Assembly: GCF_026210795.1 (NCBI RefSeq)
Contig: NC_089430.1
Coordinates: 1,798,001-1,862,000, forward strand
Direction of reading: 5' to 3'
Length of the DNA stretch: 64,000 nucleotides
Source of the DNA: Rhizophagus irregularis
Taxonomy: Eukaryota
Every line of letters starts with the position of its first letter. Positions within the stretch are counted from its first letter, which is position 1. This document shows positions 13,516 to 26,880 of this stretch, piece by piece. Position numbers and translations under genes: made by a program. The notes beneath the pieces are model-generated. The model ran no database searches and was not told the origin of the DNA. It was given only the letters and a program-made list of their open reading frames with translations.

Positions 13516-14250
13516 TGATGAATCTATAAACAAAGTAAGAAGGTTTAATATTAATTAATTCGCACTTAATTAAACATACTTCATAACAACTAAAATATTT
13601 TTTTTTTGTTATCGAAGATAATGAGATATAATTTGATTTATTATTATTTTCATTTTTATTTTTTTTTCTTTTATAAATAGCTTACTTATAATTTTGTTCA
13701 ACACTGATTATAGAATATCATGTAAATTTATCTTCTTTTTTACATAAATAAAATCAGTTTGTAATTGGGCAAGGTATTTTCAACCAGATCGGTTATTTTG
13801 ATAAAAATATGAAAGATCTATACGTTACATATTGCATTTTTGACTATCAATAATTAATTGCTTTTCTAAAGTTTATATTTGCATGTTTGCTTTATAAGGC
13901 TGGATAAATAAAAATTTTTGAAAAATGAATGTGATTCACTGTATAAAAAATTTTTATACATCTCGTGATATAAAAATCATGTGATTTTATACATAAATTT
14001 TTTATTTATCGATGCAGGACGGGCTATGAGAATCTAAAATTTTAATTTGCTACGCTATATAATATCTGATTTTAAACAATAAATTCATTAATTCATTTTA
14101 TTTAACTCGAAAATAGCTTTAATAAGCTTGTTAAAATCACTTATTACAAATGACGTAGTCAAATCACTCAAATCTCAATTTTCCATCTCTTTCAATAATC
14201 CAAGAATGTAGTATGATCAATTTTATTTAATCATGACACTAAGAGAAAGA

Positions 14251-15724
14251 TCAACTAGTACAAACAATTTTTGATTCTCGAGTCATTATAATTCTATCTC
14301 CAATTTTAACAACACCCAATTCAATCCAATCCTTTTCTTTGAGATAATCAATATCTACAACGGAAATCCCATGTTCTTGAAAGGAATTTAAGTAACTCAT
14401 AAAATTATTATTTCTGTCATAGTAGAAATCATCCAATTTTTGCAAAAATTGTTCCATAGACATGGTGGTTATGGAAGGTGGTTTCAGTCCCAAAATATGA
14501 TCCATTTTTTCATTCAATTCACCTAAATAATCTCTGACATCTCGCATGTCTTGTTGTAACCTGTTAATCTCTAAATTTAATAAATATTTTGATTCCAACT
14601 CTTCGCAATCTTGGATCGAATATTGTTTTGGTATACCTATTTTTCCGTACATGGCATCTACTTCATTAATTTCAAATCTATCAATCGCTGAACGTGTGAG
14701 ATGTACATGCAAGTGCCCGTGGAACTCCTTTGCTCGTTTATCTTTTGCTTCAGCGGCTTTCCAAATTCCGAAATTTAACGCAAGAAGCTCTATTGGACAT
14801 TGTTTACTGTCTTCACAAATTTCTTTGGTCAAATAAGTATTTAAGAAATATTCTAACACCCAATTCCAAAATGTAAAGTCTTTAATAAGTTCTCTGTTAT
14901 TTTTGTGGTTTATCTGTTGATAATTAGGTGGAATTGTGTCATTTTCGTAGCCTATAGCTGGGTGAGGGCAGATGAGCACTTCGCGAACATCATCTTGCTG
15001 TGATAAAACAATCCAGCCATTATTCTCCAAGACAATTCGTTCATTTTCAGCATACCAGTTACAAAAATGATTTGTACGATTCATTTGTGGCAAACTTTTA
15101 GCGCAAAAAATTATAGGTTGGTCAACATTACTTGGACAATGTACTGAAATATAACATTTATCAGAATTTGGATTTTGTTCATGAAAACATATTAAATCTG
15201 TTGATAAATAAAAACTTACTTTTAGGTTTTCTATTTGTAAAATTTCGTCGACATGTATTTTTTTTAGGTCGAGGATTTCGCCAGTCTTGATCGATTTCAC
15301 TGATAGGATGTTCAAAATTGCAGTCTGCGTGATGTTCGCAATATTTGTTTGAAGGTACAGAAATTTTCTCGGATTTACGTGGAGGTGGTGGAGGAGAATA
15401 GGAATCTCTAACGCTGTTTACATAACTTCTTGCAATTTCCATTATTTCATTTTTGCTGAAGTTTTGGCAAAGATGTTCAAACCAGGTGGTGGTTTGTACC
15501 TGCAAATTATACACCCATTCCAATTTTTGATCATTAACGGGAGTAATTTCAATACGAAAGGTGTTAAAAGCTACGCTCTGTTCAATAAAATCCAAACATT
15601 TTGTGCCCATTTTAACCAGTCCCTCAGCAATAGTTTTTGGAGGACATTTTATGTTGAAAGTTCCAATCTCGACGATTGGCTTCTTTTCCAAATTGATATT
15701 ATCAAAAATTGCATATGATGTCAT
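14251..15724 (-). CDS. HIT-family hydrolase-like domain + coiled coil + C-terminal SAM domain (~490 aa if one extra A in the A8 run at 15258-15265 is removed)
   Basis: Two overlapping ORFs join as ...RNPRPKK|IHVDEIL...; HIT-like elements HFC..ERIVLEN..REVLICP, LNFG and HGHLHVH (14701-14721); SAM-like MEQFLQKL..YLNSFQEHGI..LKEKDWIELGV.KIGDRI. Confidence 0.7.
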
Positions 15725-18700
15725 TTTGTGGAGTTTTCATTGACTGCTAACACGAGCAATATAAGCCGCTAATATAATAGTGATATAATAAATATTCACA
15801 CTGAGTTAATTTTATGCATAGTATGTCTATATGACGATGGAGTGGTCAATGGACTTTTTAAACTTTCATAAATTATATTGTCTCACTTCAAGTGGTGATC
15901 AACAAATGCGAAAATTCAAAAAAATCTCTACATAAAAAGAATTCAGAAAAGAAAAATTTTATAATAATAATCACACAACTTCATAATAAATAGGAATTAT
16001 TTTACATCCACTTGAAAACAAACATTATATCTATTTTTACAAAGTAAAATTGTTTAAAATGAATTACAAAAGACTGAGAAATCACGAAAATTATAAACAA
16101 ATATTATAATATGTTCAAAAATTATTATCCAAGTCTCCTATGATACAATTTAAATAATTTTTAATGCTCTAAGAGAAAAAATAAGACTCTTTCTAATAAT
16201 ACTAAAATTGTCTAAATTCAGCATGTTTATCTATAGCTATAACTATTTAAAGATACGGTACATAATCTCATCATGACAGTAAATAGAACAGTACAAAACG
16301 TCCTATAGAACCTGTAATAAAATAAATTAGAATTAAAATTACGATAATAAAAAAATTTTTTTAAAATTTTTCAATGCTATTAACAAAATATATAGGAAAT
16401 ATATTATTTTCTTTTTTTTTTCTAACTTAGAAAGGTTATTCGGTGAAATGACTAAAATAACTCTTGTTTAATATTTAAATTAAATAATTTTACAATTTCA
16501 CTTACCATTTCCAAAAAAAGAATATCCTTCCCAAAATACCAATTCCAAACCAATTCCCGACATGTTTTAACTTTGCGAAATCAAGTTTTGAAAGCGTGCG
16601 AAGACTTTGGCAATTGGCTTAAATGCGACATAAAAATAAACGTCATCATGCATCACTCCAAAATTATCACTATTATCACTATTTTGTTAATTTGTATGTC
16701 AATCAAAATTCATATTTACCACCTAAACTTATTAGTGAGACAATTCCCATTATTTACATTGTATATTTCTGCAGGAACATTCCAAACAATCGTCTCTTTC
16801 ACATAACACCTTTCTTTTTCTCTCCAAAGATATTTTGCTTTGAAATAACCTTTTAGCTGCTTCTCTATAATAAAAAAAAAAATTTCTTAAAAAGCGAGCG
16901 AGGTGTTACATTGTTTTTAAAGTTATTGTGTATGTTTTTGACTTTTTAGTATTACATAAAAACAAATAAGGCACAGTTTATCGAGTTTTTACGATTTCAG
17001 ATTTTTTAATGGAAAAATGCCTCCTATTTCAAGGCGTTCTCGACAATTAAAAAAGCACATGAAATACAAGCTCAAAAAAAAAAAGATGATAAAAATGATA
17101 TAATAGATTTAATTATAAATATAAATAACAAGTACCGGTATTTTCTGAAATTAATGTGTTAAATATTGATTGGTATCAAATTTACAAAAAAATCTGTAAT
17201 AGTGAAAATTGCATGAGACTACACATATATTAGCCCATTGATCACCCTAATATGACGAGCAACAACAACAAATAAGGGATGTGATTTCGGGCGTGCTGAA
17301 ATTTTGCCAATTAATACAAGGTAGTGTGATGCACCACGCAAAAAGTAAATACAAAGGATCGGGACTTGCCCATGATACATAATATTGATTTCCTATGCTA
17401 ATTCCCCTATGCTTTCACTGTTACCTCTCTATTTGGAAATTTTCCAGCTATCCGGACTTGATTTTCGGAATATAATTGTAACGCCTCAACAATTAGGATT
17501 CCAGGTTCTTTGATATTATCGCAAATCATAATATTTTTCACTGCCTTCCTTCCAGATACCAATGATCTTTTTGCATATAGGACAAATTTTGCGTATCATA
17601 GATATAATAACAATCTACACGATTCTCATCATCTCATCTATACTAGCGTGAAGTAGTAGACATGAGATAGTCCCTTTGAATCGATTTATCAAACAATTAA
17701 TAAATGTATTATTCATAAATTAATATTGAGATAAATATATTTAATAATTTTGGACATCTATTATATAAAAAGAAATTTTGTTGATTCATCGTTAAATAAT
17801 ATTTGATGGTTAAGCCTTGTATTGTGATTTGTTCGCAAGGCGCTACGCTGGAGGATTCTTTAGACGAATGTCGTTTGAGGATAAAGCAGTAATACTACAA
17901 CTCTGTAAATCCTATATTAAATCAAGTTCTATATTCTGATTTCCGTTTGTAACTATGATGTTACTAGATTGGTGTAATTGGTAACAATTGTTACTAAGTA
18001 TAAATTTTGGTAATGATGTTTGTATATACTATTTCGTTCAGTACATTACAAGTTTTATTACAATTCCTGGAGATAGAGCATTGTACTTCTGATTGTGCAT
18101 ATTCTTTGTAGCACAAATTTGTGAAGTAGTTTGACACGTGTTCTGATATGCAGTACAACCTATTAGAAAATGCACTACGTGAAAATGAATGATCTTACCA
18201 CACCACCTCGGAAAGGTGTGATGCCTAATAGTCACCGTTCACGTGACTTCCACGTTCGCGTTGTTTATATTTATATCAGCGACAGATTTTTTTGTGGTCT
18301 GATCTCTATTTGTCACCTGCATAAAATGTTACCTGTGTTACCATAAACATATAGCCGGCGGTGTGGTAAGATGATCCCATGAAAATAGAGTCAGCATCGC
18401 AAAATTCACCTTCTTGACTGTAACCATACCATCACCCTCCCTCTGTATAATATAAATAAATATTTTATAGCAAGGGGGTCAGTAGGGTGGGTCAAGAAGC
18501 GAAGAAGGTAATTTTTGCGTCAGCGTCAGTGGGTTAAAAGAACAAAATTTATGTTATAGTCAAAGTCGTTACAAACAGAGCACGTGTTTACTGCATTATA
18601 CCAATGAAGCGCATTCTTTGTAGTATGAATTTTGCGGCGTAGCTTGTCATGTGTTTTCTCATGTAGTACAACCAATTTTAAAGTGATCACTTAGTTATAC

Positions 18701-19349
18701 TGCAGCAAAATAATTATATTTCGCAATAAATTTCGCATATTGCGTAGCCAAGCTGACAAATCTATATTGTATCATAGATCATTTATCGGAATTTTTTCAA
18801 AAATTTTTTTATAAGGTAACGTGATCTACTATTTTACATGTTAACAAAATCAATTGTCTACTTTAGCTATTATTAAATGTTTTTTAATAAGATGGATGTT
18901 TCTTAATGGTGTTTTTATGTAAAAGACTTCAATTTTTTAACTTTTTTCCATCCTTTAACTATATGCATCGGTTAAAAGGGGGAAATACAGAATTTTTGAG
19001 TAATTTTGTTATTAAAAATTTAAAATTTTTTTCAGTTTGAAAAAAAAGCCTGAAAAAAAGACAAAAAAATTTTTAAATAAAAAAAAATAAATTTCCCGAA
19101 TTATAAGAACCAAAAAAAAGGTATTTAGTAAATTTATCGGTTTTATAAGAACCGAAAAAAAAATATTAAAAAAAAATAAAAGTAAAAAAACAAAGCCCGT
19201 TATATAAATCTTTTTTTAATCGAATTTAGTATTATTTACAATTAATTTCTTTTATTATAAAATGACAGAAAAATAAAGTGAACTATTATTTTACATTCTA
19301 GTACGCATATGTTTCTGTTTACGACCACAATTTGTTACAAAAGTTTTTA

Positions 19350-19790
19350 ATATAAAAATGTACACGTGAAATCTCATCCAATATATATGATAGAATACTA
19401 GAACAAACAATCATAAAACGAACAAGCATTCAGTTATTGATAGGCAATGATTATATATAGATTTGGTATTGGGGCACTTCATGTCTACATATTTGGTTGA
19501 AAAAACCGTCAAACATGTTGCGTTCAACTTTGGAAAATGGGAATCTCTGGAGTATCAAGCAAAGGAGTGACATGTTCACATTAACCCAGAGGTGGTTATA
19601 GCTTTAGAAACTGCCGAAATTGATTCTGGGTATGGAAAAATAGGGCAACTCAAAGCAGTGTGACATACAAAATTATATATAATTAGAGACACGTAGTCTC
19701 AGAGATATGGCAAAGTTATAGAAGATAAGAAATTAATAGGCTTAAATTACAAATTAACGAGATGAAAAACGATTTGAGTTTTATTCGATA
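19350..19790 (+). pseudogene. Decayed paralog of the HIT-domain gene
   Basis: Translates to VAFNFGKWESLEYQAKE*HVHINPEVVIALETAEIDSGYGKIG, aligning with LALNFGIWKAAE..AKEFHGHLHVHLTRSAIDRFEINEVDAMYGKIG; contains stops and deletions. Confidence 0.7.
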
Positions 19791-20497
19791 TTCAAAGAAA
19801 TCAATAAAAGAACTGTTGTCATTATCTTTTCAATTTTATAGTGTATTGTATTTGTCAATAAATAACACCGTATCACTACCGTATCTATAAAGAGTATATA
19901 TAGCAATTACTATCATATTTACTTGGTGTATTTGTGAAACCACATATAGGTGCTATTATTAAATATTATTAATAAAAATGATGCGAGCACAAAAACATAA
20001 ACGTTCACAATGCGAAAATATGGCTTTAGCCACTTTCACTAATTAGCCTTAGACAAAGTTTGAATTTAGTAATTTTATTAATTCATGCACAAAAAAAAAT
20101 AATAATATTTTTGAATATATAGTACGTTTTGTCACATCATTTAACATGCTTGTCATTTGACGAACGGATCCATGAACATAAATCGGGATAACGTATAGTG
20201 GTGATAAAATTATATGAATAATGCCCAGTTTCACTGGAATTAATGGATAACTAAAATGGTCTATCTTATTCGACAATCTTAGCTAATTTTAACTTATTTT
20301 CCCTCTTTCCCAAAAACTATGTATATAAAAATATTTGAGAGATAACAAATTATACGAAACTATGTAAAAGTAAAAGCACTGGAATGCATGCTCTCATCAA
20401 AGGGCTAATTTATAATAAATTGAATGTGTAATATATCCATAATAAAAGTACAAAGTAAATAATAAACAGAAGACGTGACAAAAATAACTTAAAAATA

Positions 20498-23400
20498 TTA
20501 TTTAATTGATGCTATAAGTTTGCTCATAATACTATTATAGTCTAATTCAATACAATAGTATTTACTCAATTTGTCATAAGATGCCTGTATTGCATCATCT
20601 CTATATTCCACCAAATCTTGATGCAACCGTGCAAAGAACCAGCGCATAAGATCATTAAAATGATAATTGCAATGAGCGTCAAATTTCCAATCACTAAAGT
20701 CGGTAGTTTTTGCAACTTCCCAATTTATTGGACCCTTGCCTCTATAAAATACATTCCAAGTAGGTCCTAAATCATGACATGACGCTGAATTAAGTTCACC
20801 CGTTTTATGAATAATTACGAGTGCAAGTCCTCTGGGTTGATGACTAGTATGATGTGTTTTTGTCGAGCTATTATCTGTATGATGATCTCGATTTCCCCAG
20901 CATAAAGCTCCGCACCAAAAACATGATTCCGTACACCCAATCCTTCCCATAACTGTTTTGTCATTGGATGGGTTTTTAAAAGGCTCATTTCTTGAATTTC
21001 TTTTTACTTTAAGTTCTTTCTCTATATTTTCACGTAATATATTTAAATCACTTTCTGTAATAATTTGATTTCTGTTGAGATCCAATTTATAGTCCATATT
21101 ATCAACTTGCGTCATATAATCGCTTATAAAATTTCTTATTTCCTCAAAATTCTGACAATTCCGAATTTCCTGAAAGACTCGTTTAAATTCTGCATCAAAG
21201 GTATCTTCATATTTCTTTCTCGGTTTCCCACTTGTATGACCATTAACCTGATTTTTGAACCAAGTTTCTATATTCTGCTGTGGATACAAAAAGTATTCTA
21301 TAGCCTCATTTTTATTGCCAATATAAACTTGACTGGCGAGTTCTGCAAAATATTTGAGCCTAATTGTTTCGGCATTGGACATCCAAGAAAGACCAAGCAC
21401 TTCATCTATCCGTTCACGATTTCCTGCATTCATTGCTAATTTATGAATAACTCTCAATAAGTAATCCCCAGCAATATGACCTTCAGAAATTAGCCTATGT
21501 CCATATTGAAGCCGAGTATCAATTATATTTAAATATTCATCTTTCTTTTGATCGAGCATGCCGAGTTGAGTATTTTCTTTATCCCAATCTTTTTGAAATT
21601 CTATCATTTTCGGTTTAAACTCCAACAAAGCATATAAATGAACATTCCATTTGAAATCAGGCGAAAAATTTAGTTGTGAAATAATATAGTTTATTTCTCT
21701 TCCGAGATCACGAATAACTCCATGATAAAAATATTTAGCAGCTCTATTTTCAAAGATTTTATTTATCAAATTTTTAAGCTTTTCCTCAAGAGCATTGAGA
21801 TGGATCAATTCCATATATGGTGAAGTACACCTATTTTTCATTTTATTAATAAAATTATATGCTTTGTGATTGGATAATTTCAGCGGGGAGGCATTGGTTT
21901 TTGTATCTACCATAAAGTTCTGAGTTAGAAGAATACTCGTTTTCAACTTCTTTATCTATTTCTTTTTCTATCAATATAATATCTTCTTTTGATAATATAT
22001 GATTTCGCAGTGAATTCCATACTTGTTCAACTTTTTGTTTACGTTCATAGTCAGAAAATCTCTTATTTGGCATATATTTTAGGATACTTTCTAAATTCTT
22101 ATTGATTAGATCAAGAGACTCAGATGAAATACCCTTTCTGATAAAACTAGCTTCAAGCATTTGCTTAAGCCTTGCAGATATACGTTTACGATTGAGGTTA
22201 ATGTATTCTCTGATTGTTTGTATGGTTTCCTTTTCGCACTTTTCGTTATTTTTATTTTTAAGGTATTCTTCTAAATCAATTCTTACTTTATGGGTTTTCA
22301 TACATTCTTCACACATAGTACTTTGATTATTACCCGGAACCTTCTCTAGCTCTGTTTTAATCAAATCCAAACATTTATCTCGGATTTTATCTGTCTTATC
22401 ACTCGTGTCGTCGGAAGACCAATTTTGAAGATTAAAACGAATTTCTTGCTTAATTAATTCTTCATGTTTTTGGAATGACCTCTCAATGGTTTCTTTTAAA
22501 ATTGCAATTCGTTTGCCAAGATCGATAAATTCATAAATTTCTTTAATATTTTTGAAACGAACAGCAAAATCCTTATGAGAAACGGCATTCCAATAATTCT
22601 GAATTAATGAATGCCACTCTGAAAATTCAATTTTGTTTTTAGAATTCTTACAGTCTTCAATTATAGAGTTATATAAATTAACAATATCCTCGTGATACTG
22701 CTCTGATGGTGGAGCGTAAGCAGTTGCACCATTTTTAAATGGTCGAAATTGTTTAAGAAGTTTACCTTTTCTTATTCTTTCATCAAGAATTTGAAGACAA
22801 TCTATACTGGATATTCACATCTCAATATCTTTTTCTTCAGCTATTTTTAAAGCATCCTTAAGAGCTGCTCGAAATTTTTCTTCTGGTTCAGATAGTCTTG
22901 ATACATTTCTTTCGGAAATATGTTGCACCATAAGAATATCAGGTGCCATTCCAGCTTTTTCAAGACGTGCCATTGTCACAATTGCTATCTGTAAAATTTC
23001 AGTCAAATCTCGCATTGATTCTCCAAGTACGTTAAGAATCGTTAAATTGCTTACTCCTATTGCAAAAGTTGCTAATATTCGATCTTTCTTTTCTGATTCT
23101 GGATCATCCATCTTTTCTGGTGCGCCAAGACCTTCAGTATCAATTAATATAAATGCATCAAAATTAAGCTTTTCAGATAAATCTTTATTTAAAAATAATA
23201 GCCGCATAAAAAGACCTCTAGTACAACGTCCAACTGAAACAGCAAATCTACATGCAAAAAGAGCATTTAACAGAGTGGACTTTCCTGATGATTGTAAGCC
23301 AAGTATACTAATCACAAAAATTCTAAGCTTAGGAAATTTACTACAAATATGTCCACAAATTGCCGAGAACCAAGCTTCAGATATGGATCCAGCATCACCA

Positions 23401-25100
23401 TCAAGTAATTCTATAGTTTGACCACCAATTAATAACTCTGAATAAAACTCCAGTAATTTTGTAACAATTTCACTATCTGGATGATTAACAGAAAAAATTT
23501 TGTAAATTTCTCCTAATTCACGGAAAAAATGCTCCAAACCCAAGCTCATATTATCAACTTCTTCCCAAATTTTTGCGATTTCTTCACGAATTTTTTTTTC
23601 ATTTTCTTGACCTCTATTGCTCAAACTGGATTTACGTAGCTCATTTTTTTTTAATACGGCTTGATAACGAGCTTCGGCAGATTCTATCATAGATATTCTG
23701 GAAACTTCTCTTTCAAGATGTGCTAGAGCTCTCCTTCTCTTTCTAAAAGATAATTTTAGAATTTTTGTATACTTGCGAATTAATTCCTGTAATTCATTAT
23801 TATTTTGCCAAATTTGAAGACCATTTTCTGATTGTTGTTTTCTTTGAAGTTGAAAAACTTTTAATTTAATGTGGCGGCATTTTTTGTCCTTAACAAAATT
23901 TATCAAATCCTGGGACTCACGAGTCTCAATATTTTCAGTCATTCGAAGTGATTCTCCAAGTCTTAATGTATTAATAGTAATAGATGAAGCATCTTGTGAT
24001 TCTCCCAGTCTTAATGTATCAATAATATCAAACGAAGCATCTAATGCTTCTTTGAACATCATGCGCACTTTTTTTAACGTTTTATCTTGCATTAAATAAT
24101 TAGTGTCAATTGCATATTTCTTTTTATCTCTGACATTTCTATGATTTACGTAACCAAATACTATTTTCCTGGAACCAACTAATTCTTCGAAATCTTTTAT
24201 TTGATTTTGAGTATGCCCAGGCATTAAAAAAACCAAAAAACTAGAAGGAAATTGACTTAAAAATTTAATTTGATCCGGATATTCTAAAGCATCACCGTGT
24301 AAATTTGCAAGCAATACTATCTCTTTATTCGCTCCTTTTGTATAGTAGTCTTCAAAAACATCATTCCATAAATTCACTTGACAAGTTTCTTGAGTCAACC
24401 AAGTAAATTCAATACTTCCATCGATCATATGCGGAATTCCATATTCTGCTCTTGGCTCGGAGCATGAAGAGAACATAGTATTTGAAGTCATCAATTGATT
24501 AAGTATAGTGCTTTTTCCTTGAGAATTTGCTCCAATTCGAACTGCAACAATCAGTTTGAATGGATCAATGAAAAGATGGTTTTCAACAATGGTTCCAGGT
24601 TCAGTTTCCCATTTAATAACTGGACCAGTAAATAAAGGAAGCATCACTTTAAATTTATCTGCTTTATCTAATTCAGGAATTATTAAAGGAAATGCGATCG
24701 GGAACTGAGATAGGGTTCGAAACATATCTTGACCTACGGTACATTCAGCAGAAGCAAACAAACTAGCAACACAATCAAATCGAGACAATCTATTTTTATT
24801 TAGTAAATGAGAATATTCCTCTTTGTCTATCAAATCTGTATCCTCGTCAGAATCATCATCTTCAATCAAAGTCTTGATATTTTCTGATTTAAGAATACCT
24901 GCACCCCACATCTTTACTTTCTGTCGAATATATGGAAGAACTGTAATTATACACTTATGTCTTTGAGAAGCCGGTAATTGTGGAGGTTGTTTAATGATTT
25001 CGCTGAGTTCAACATGATGATAAGGTCCAATCATAGGTATTTCTTCTCCTAGAATCGAATGCCATTGTTTATGTATACGTACTAGATTATTTTCAACCAT
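20498..25100 (-). pseudogene. Interferon-inducible very large GTPase (VLIG/GVIN1/URGCP-like) gene, intronless, ~1530 aa; interrupted by one in-frame TGA (22815-22817) and one frameshift (~21885)
   Basis: G1 LGLQSSGKSTLLNALF, GRCTRG, G3 DTEGL; MAPPS-like AYAPPSEQY after the stop; C-terminal GCTESCFWCGALC..HHTSHQPRGL; reading frame stays open 22814-22370 past the TGA. Confidence 0.8.
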
Positions 25101-26599
25101 AATATCTTACTGTGTGAAAAGATTGAGCGAAAATTGCACTATATATGTTATATACTCATGACCAGTTTGAGCAGGAAATTCTTAGATTATCTAGAATCAT
25201 CACCAAAAATGAACGTTAATTACTGGTTAAATTATTTCGTGGGAAACTTTTAAATTTAAAAGACTTTAAAAGACATGTTGTACATTTGATAAAAAAAACA
25301 AAGTTCAGCCTTTAACAGAAAATAATTGTGACACTAGGATATCAAGAAATGATAAACCAAAAATAGTACAAATGTGTAACTAATTAAAACTACCTATATG
25401 TAGTATCATATGAAAATTTGTTACGAAATTTTTTTTTATAATTGATCCACATGATACAGTTTTGTTTATAAGCTTCTTTTTGAATAATCGCATAATGATC
25501 GGCATATATATTATATTAGTTGTTAGTAATCAGCTGATCTGAATTTTTGGCCATTGTCAAAAAAGGAAGGAATAGGTCTTAATTTGGTTAACATATAGCC
25601 CATTTTTAATAATAAATGTATATGTCACATAATTTAAATTTCATTTCAATTAAATTTCAATATATCAATTGATAAAATTAAAAAATGGACAACAGTTGTT
25701 AATTTCACAAATTGAAAGTAGGTAAAATTACAATGAAGTCATCCTTTTTTTATTATGTTTATAATTATAAAATTGCACAAAATTTTTTCTTTTTTTTCAC
25801 AATTAAAAAATGCTTAATAATTTTTTAAAAAATTTTGCTAATTATAAATACCGTCCTTTGAGAGAGATAGAAACAAATGATGATGTAATTATTATCTCTT
25901 TAATACATCACTTTGTGAACCGTAAATTAATAAGTATATGATAATCATATATACCTATTTTGTGAAACAAATCCTATTTCTCGAAACAGCGCTTTTCAAA
26001 TGCAGTAGTCAATCGAAGAATAATTAACCCTAACATGATCATTGTTGTTAAATTTCGATTCTCTTTCCGAATCCCTTATTTTGTTGTCGTTATTTATTGT
26101 TGACATATTAGTCACCGTACTTCTTCTTTTATCAATTAAGATGTACGTGAAGCGTGCCCCTTGGGTATCGTGGTACGATCATCTTCTTTTTGCATTTATG
26201 GCATTAACTAAAACTTTTTATCGATACCCTCTTCGATTGTGATCGTGTATGTAATTATAGCGTTCAATTTTCCCACACTATTAATTAGTAATTACATGGT
26301 ACTCTTCCTGTGATCAATAACACATTTCAATAATAAATTTTTTTCGAATAATCACCTATGAATTTAAATATAAGATTTTAAAATTAGACTTATTTAATTT
26401 TATTAAAAAAATATACATATTAACATTGACTAAAATTAGTGCTATTCGATATGCCAGGCCAGCACATTCCAAAAGAAATTTTTTTCAAAAACTTGGTATA
26501 TCAAAAATCTGGTATACCGAGAACAAATTTAGTTATTATAGATTGTAGTAATCCGTTCTAGACCTCACCTCGACAGCTCCTTTATATTTTACTTATGAT

Positions 26600-26880
26600 T
26601 CAGTTTATCAAAGATCCAGTTCAACAAAATTCGCTGTATAAATAGCGAAACTATTTTATCATTTAACATCTTTTAGAAATAATAGACCCTTAGTTTGAGT
26701 CAAAGCCTGTTTTTTGATTTAAATAGCTATTCGGTTCAAATTTTTCTGTAATCCTTTTCTATTCCTAACTTATTGGTTAAAAAACAGGCATTTTACTAGT
26801 ATTACTAGGAATGTAAGCCGAAGCGAAAAAAATTAGAGATTGGAATCGATCGATTAATTGATCGTTAAGACGATTAAATC
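26600..26880. repeat. Diverged interspersed repeat, second copy at ~40720-40930
   Basis: Shared tttagaaataata(g/a)acccttagttt, aaatagctattcggtt, gcattttacta, tgtaagccg and ttggaat. Confidence 0.6.

Noticed and set aside
17200..17700. Coding-like relic, possibly another HIT-related fragment (DFRNIIVTP on the + strand)
   Set aside because: Too degraded to assign by eye
22815..22817. TGA recoding (selenocysteine or alternative genetic code) in the VLIG and hAT genes
   Set aside because: Only one TGA per gene, each gene also has a frameshift, and TGG is used for Trp throughout; nonsense mutation is simpler
21065..24099. Plus-strand ORFs overlapping the VLIG gene; similar antisense ORFs over the kinases and HIT-SAM
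   Set aside because: Antisense shadows of real coding sequence
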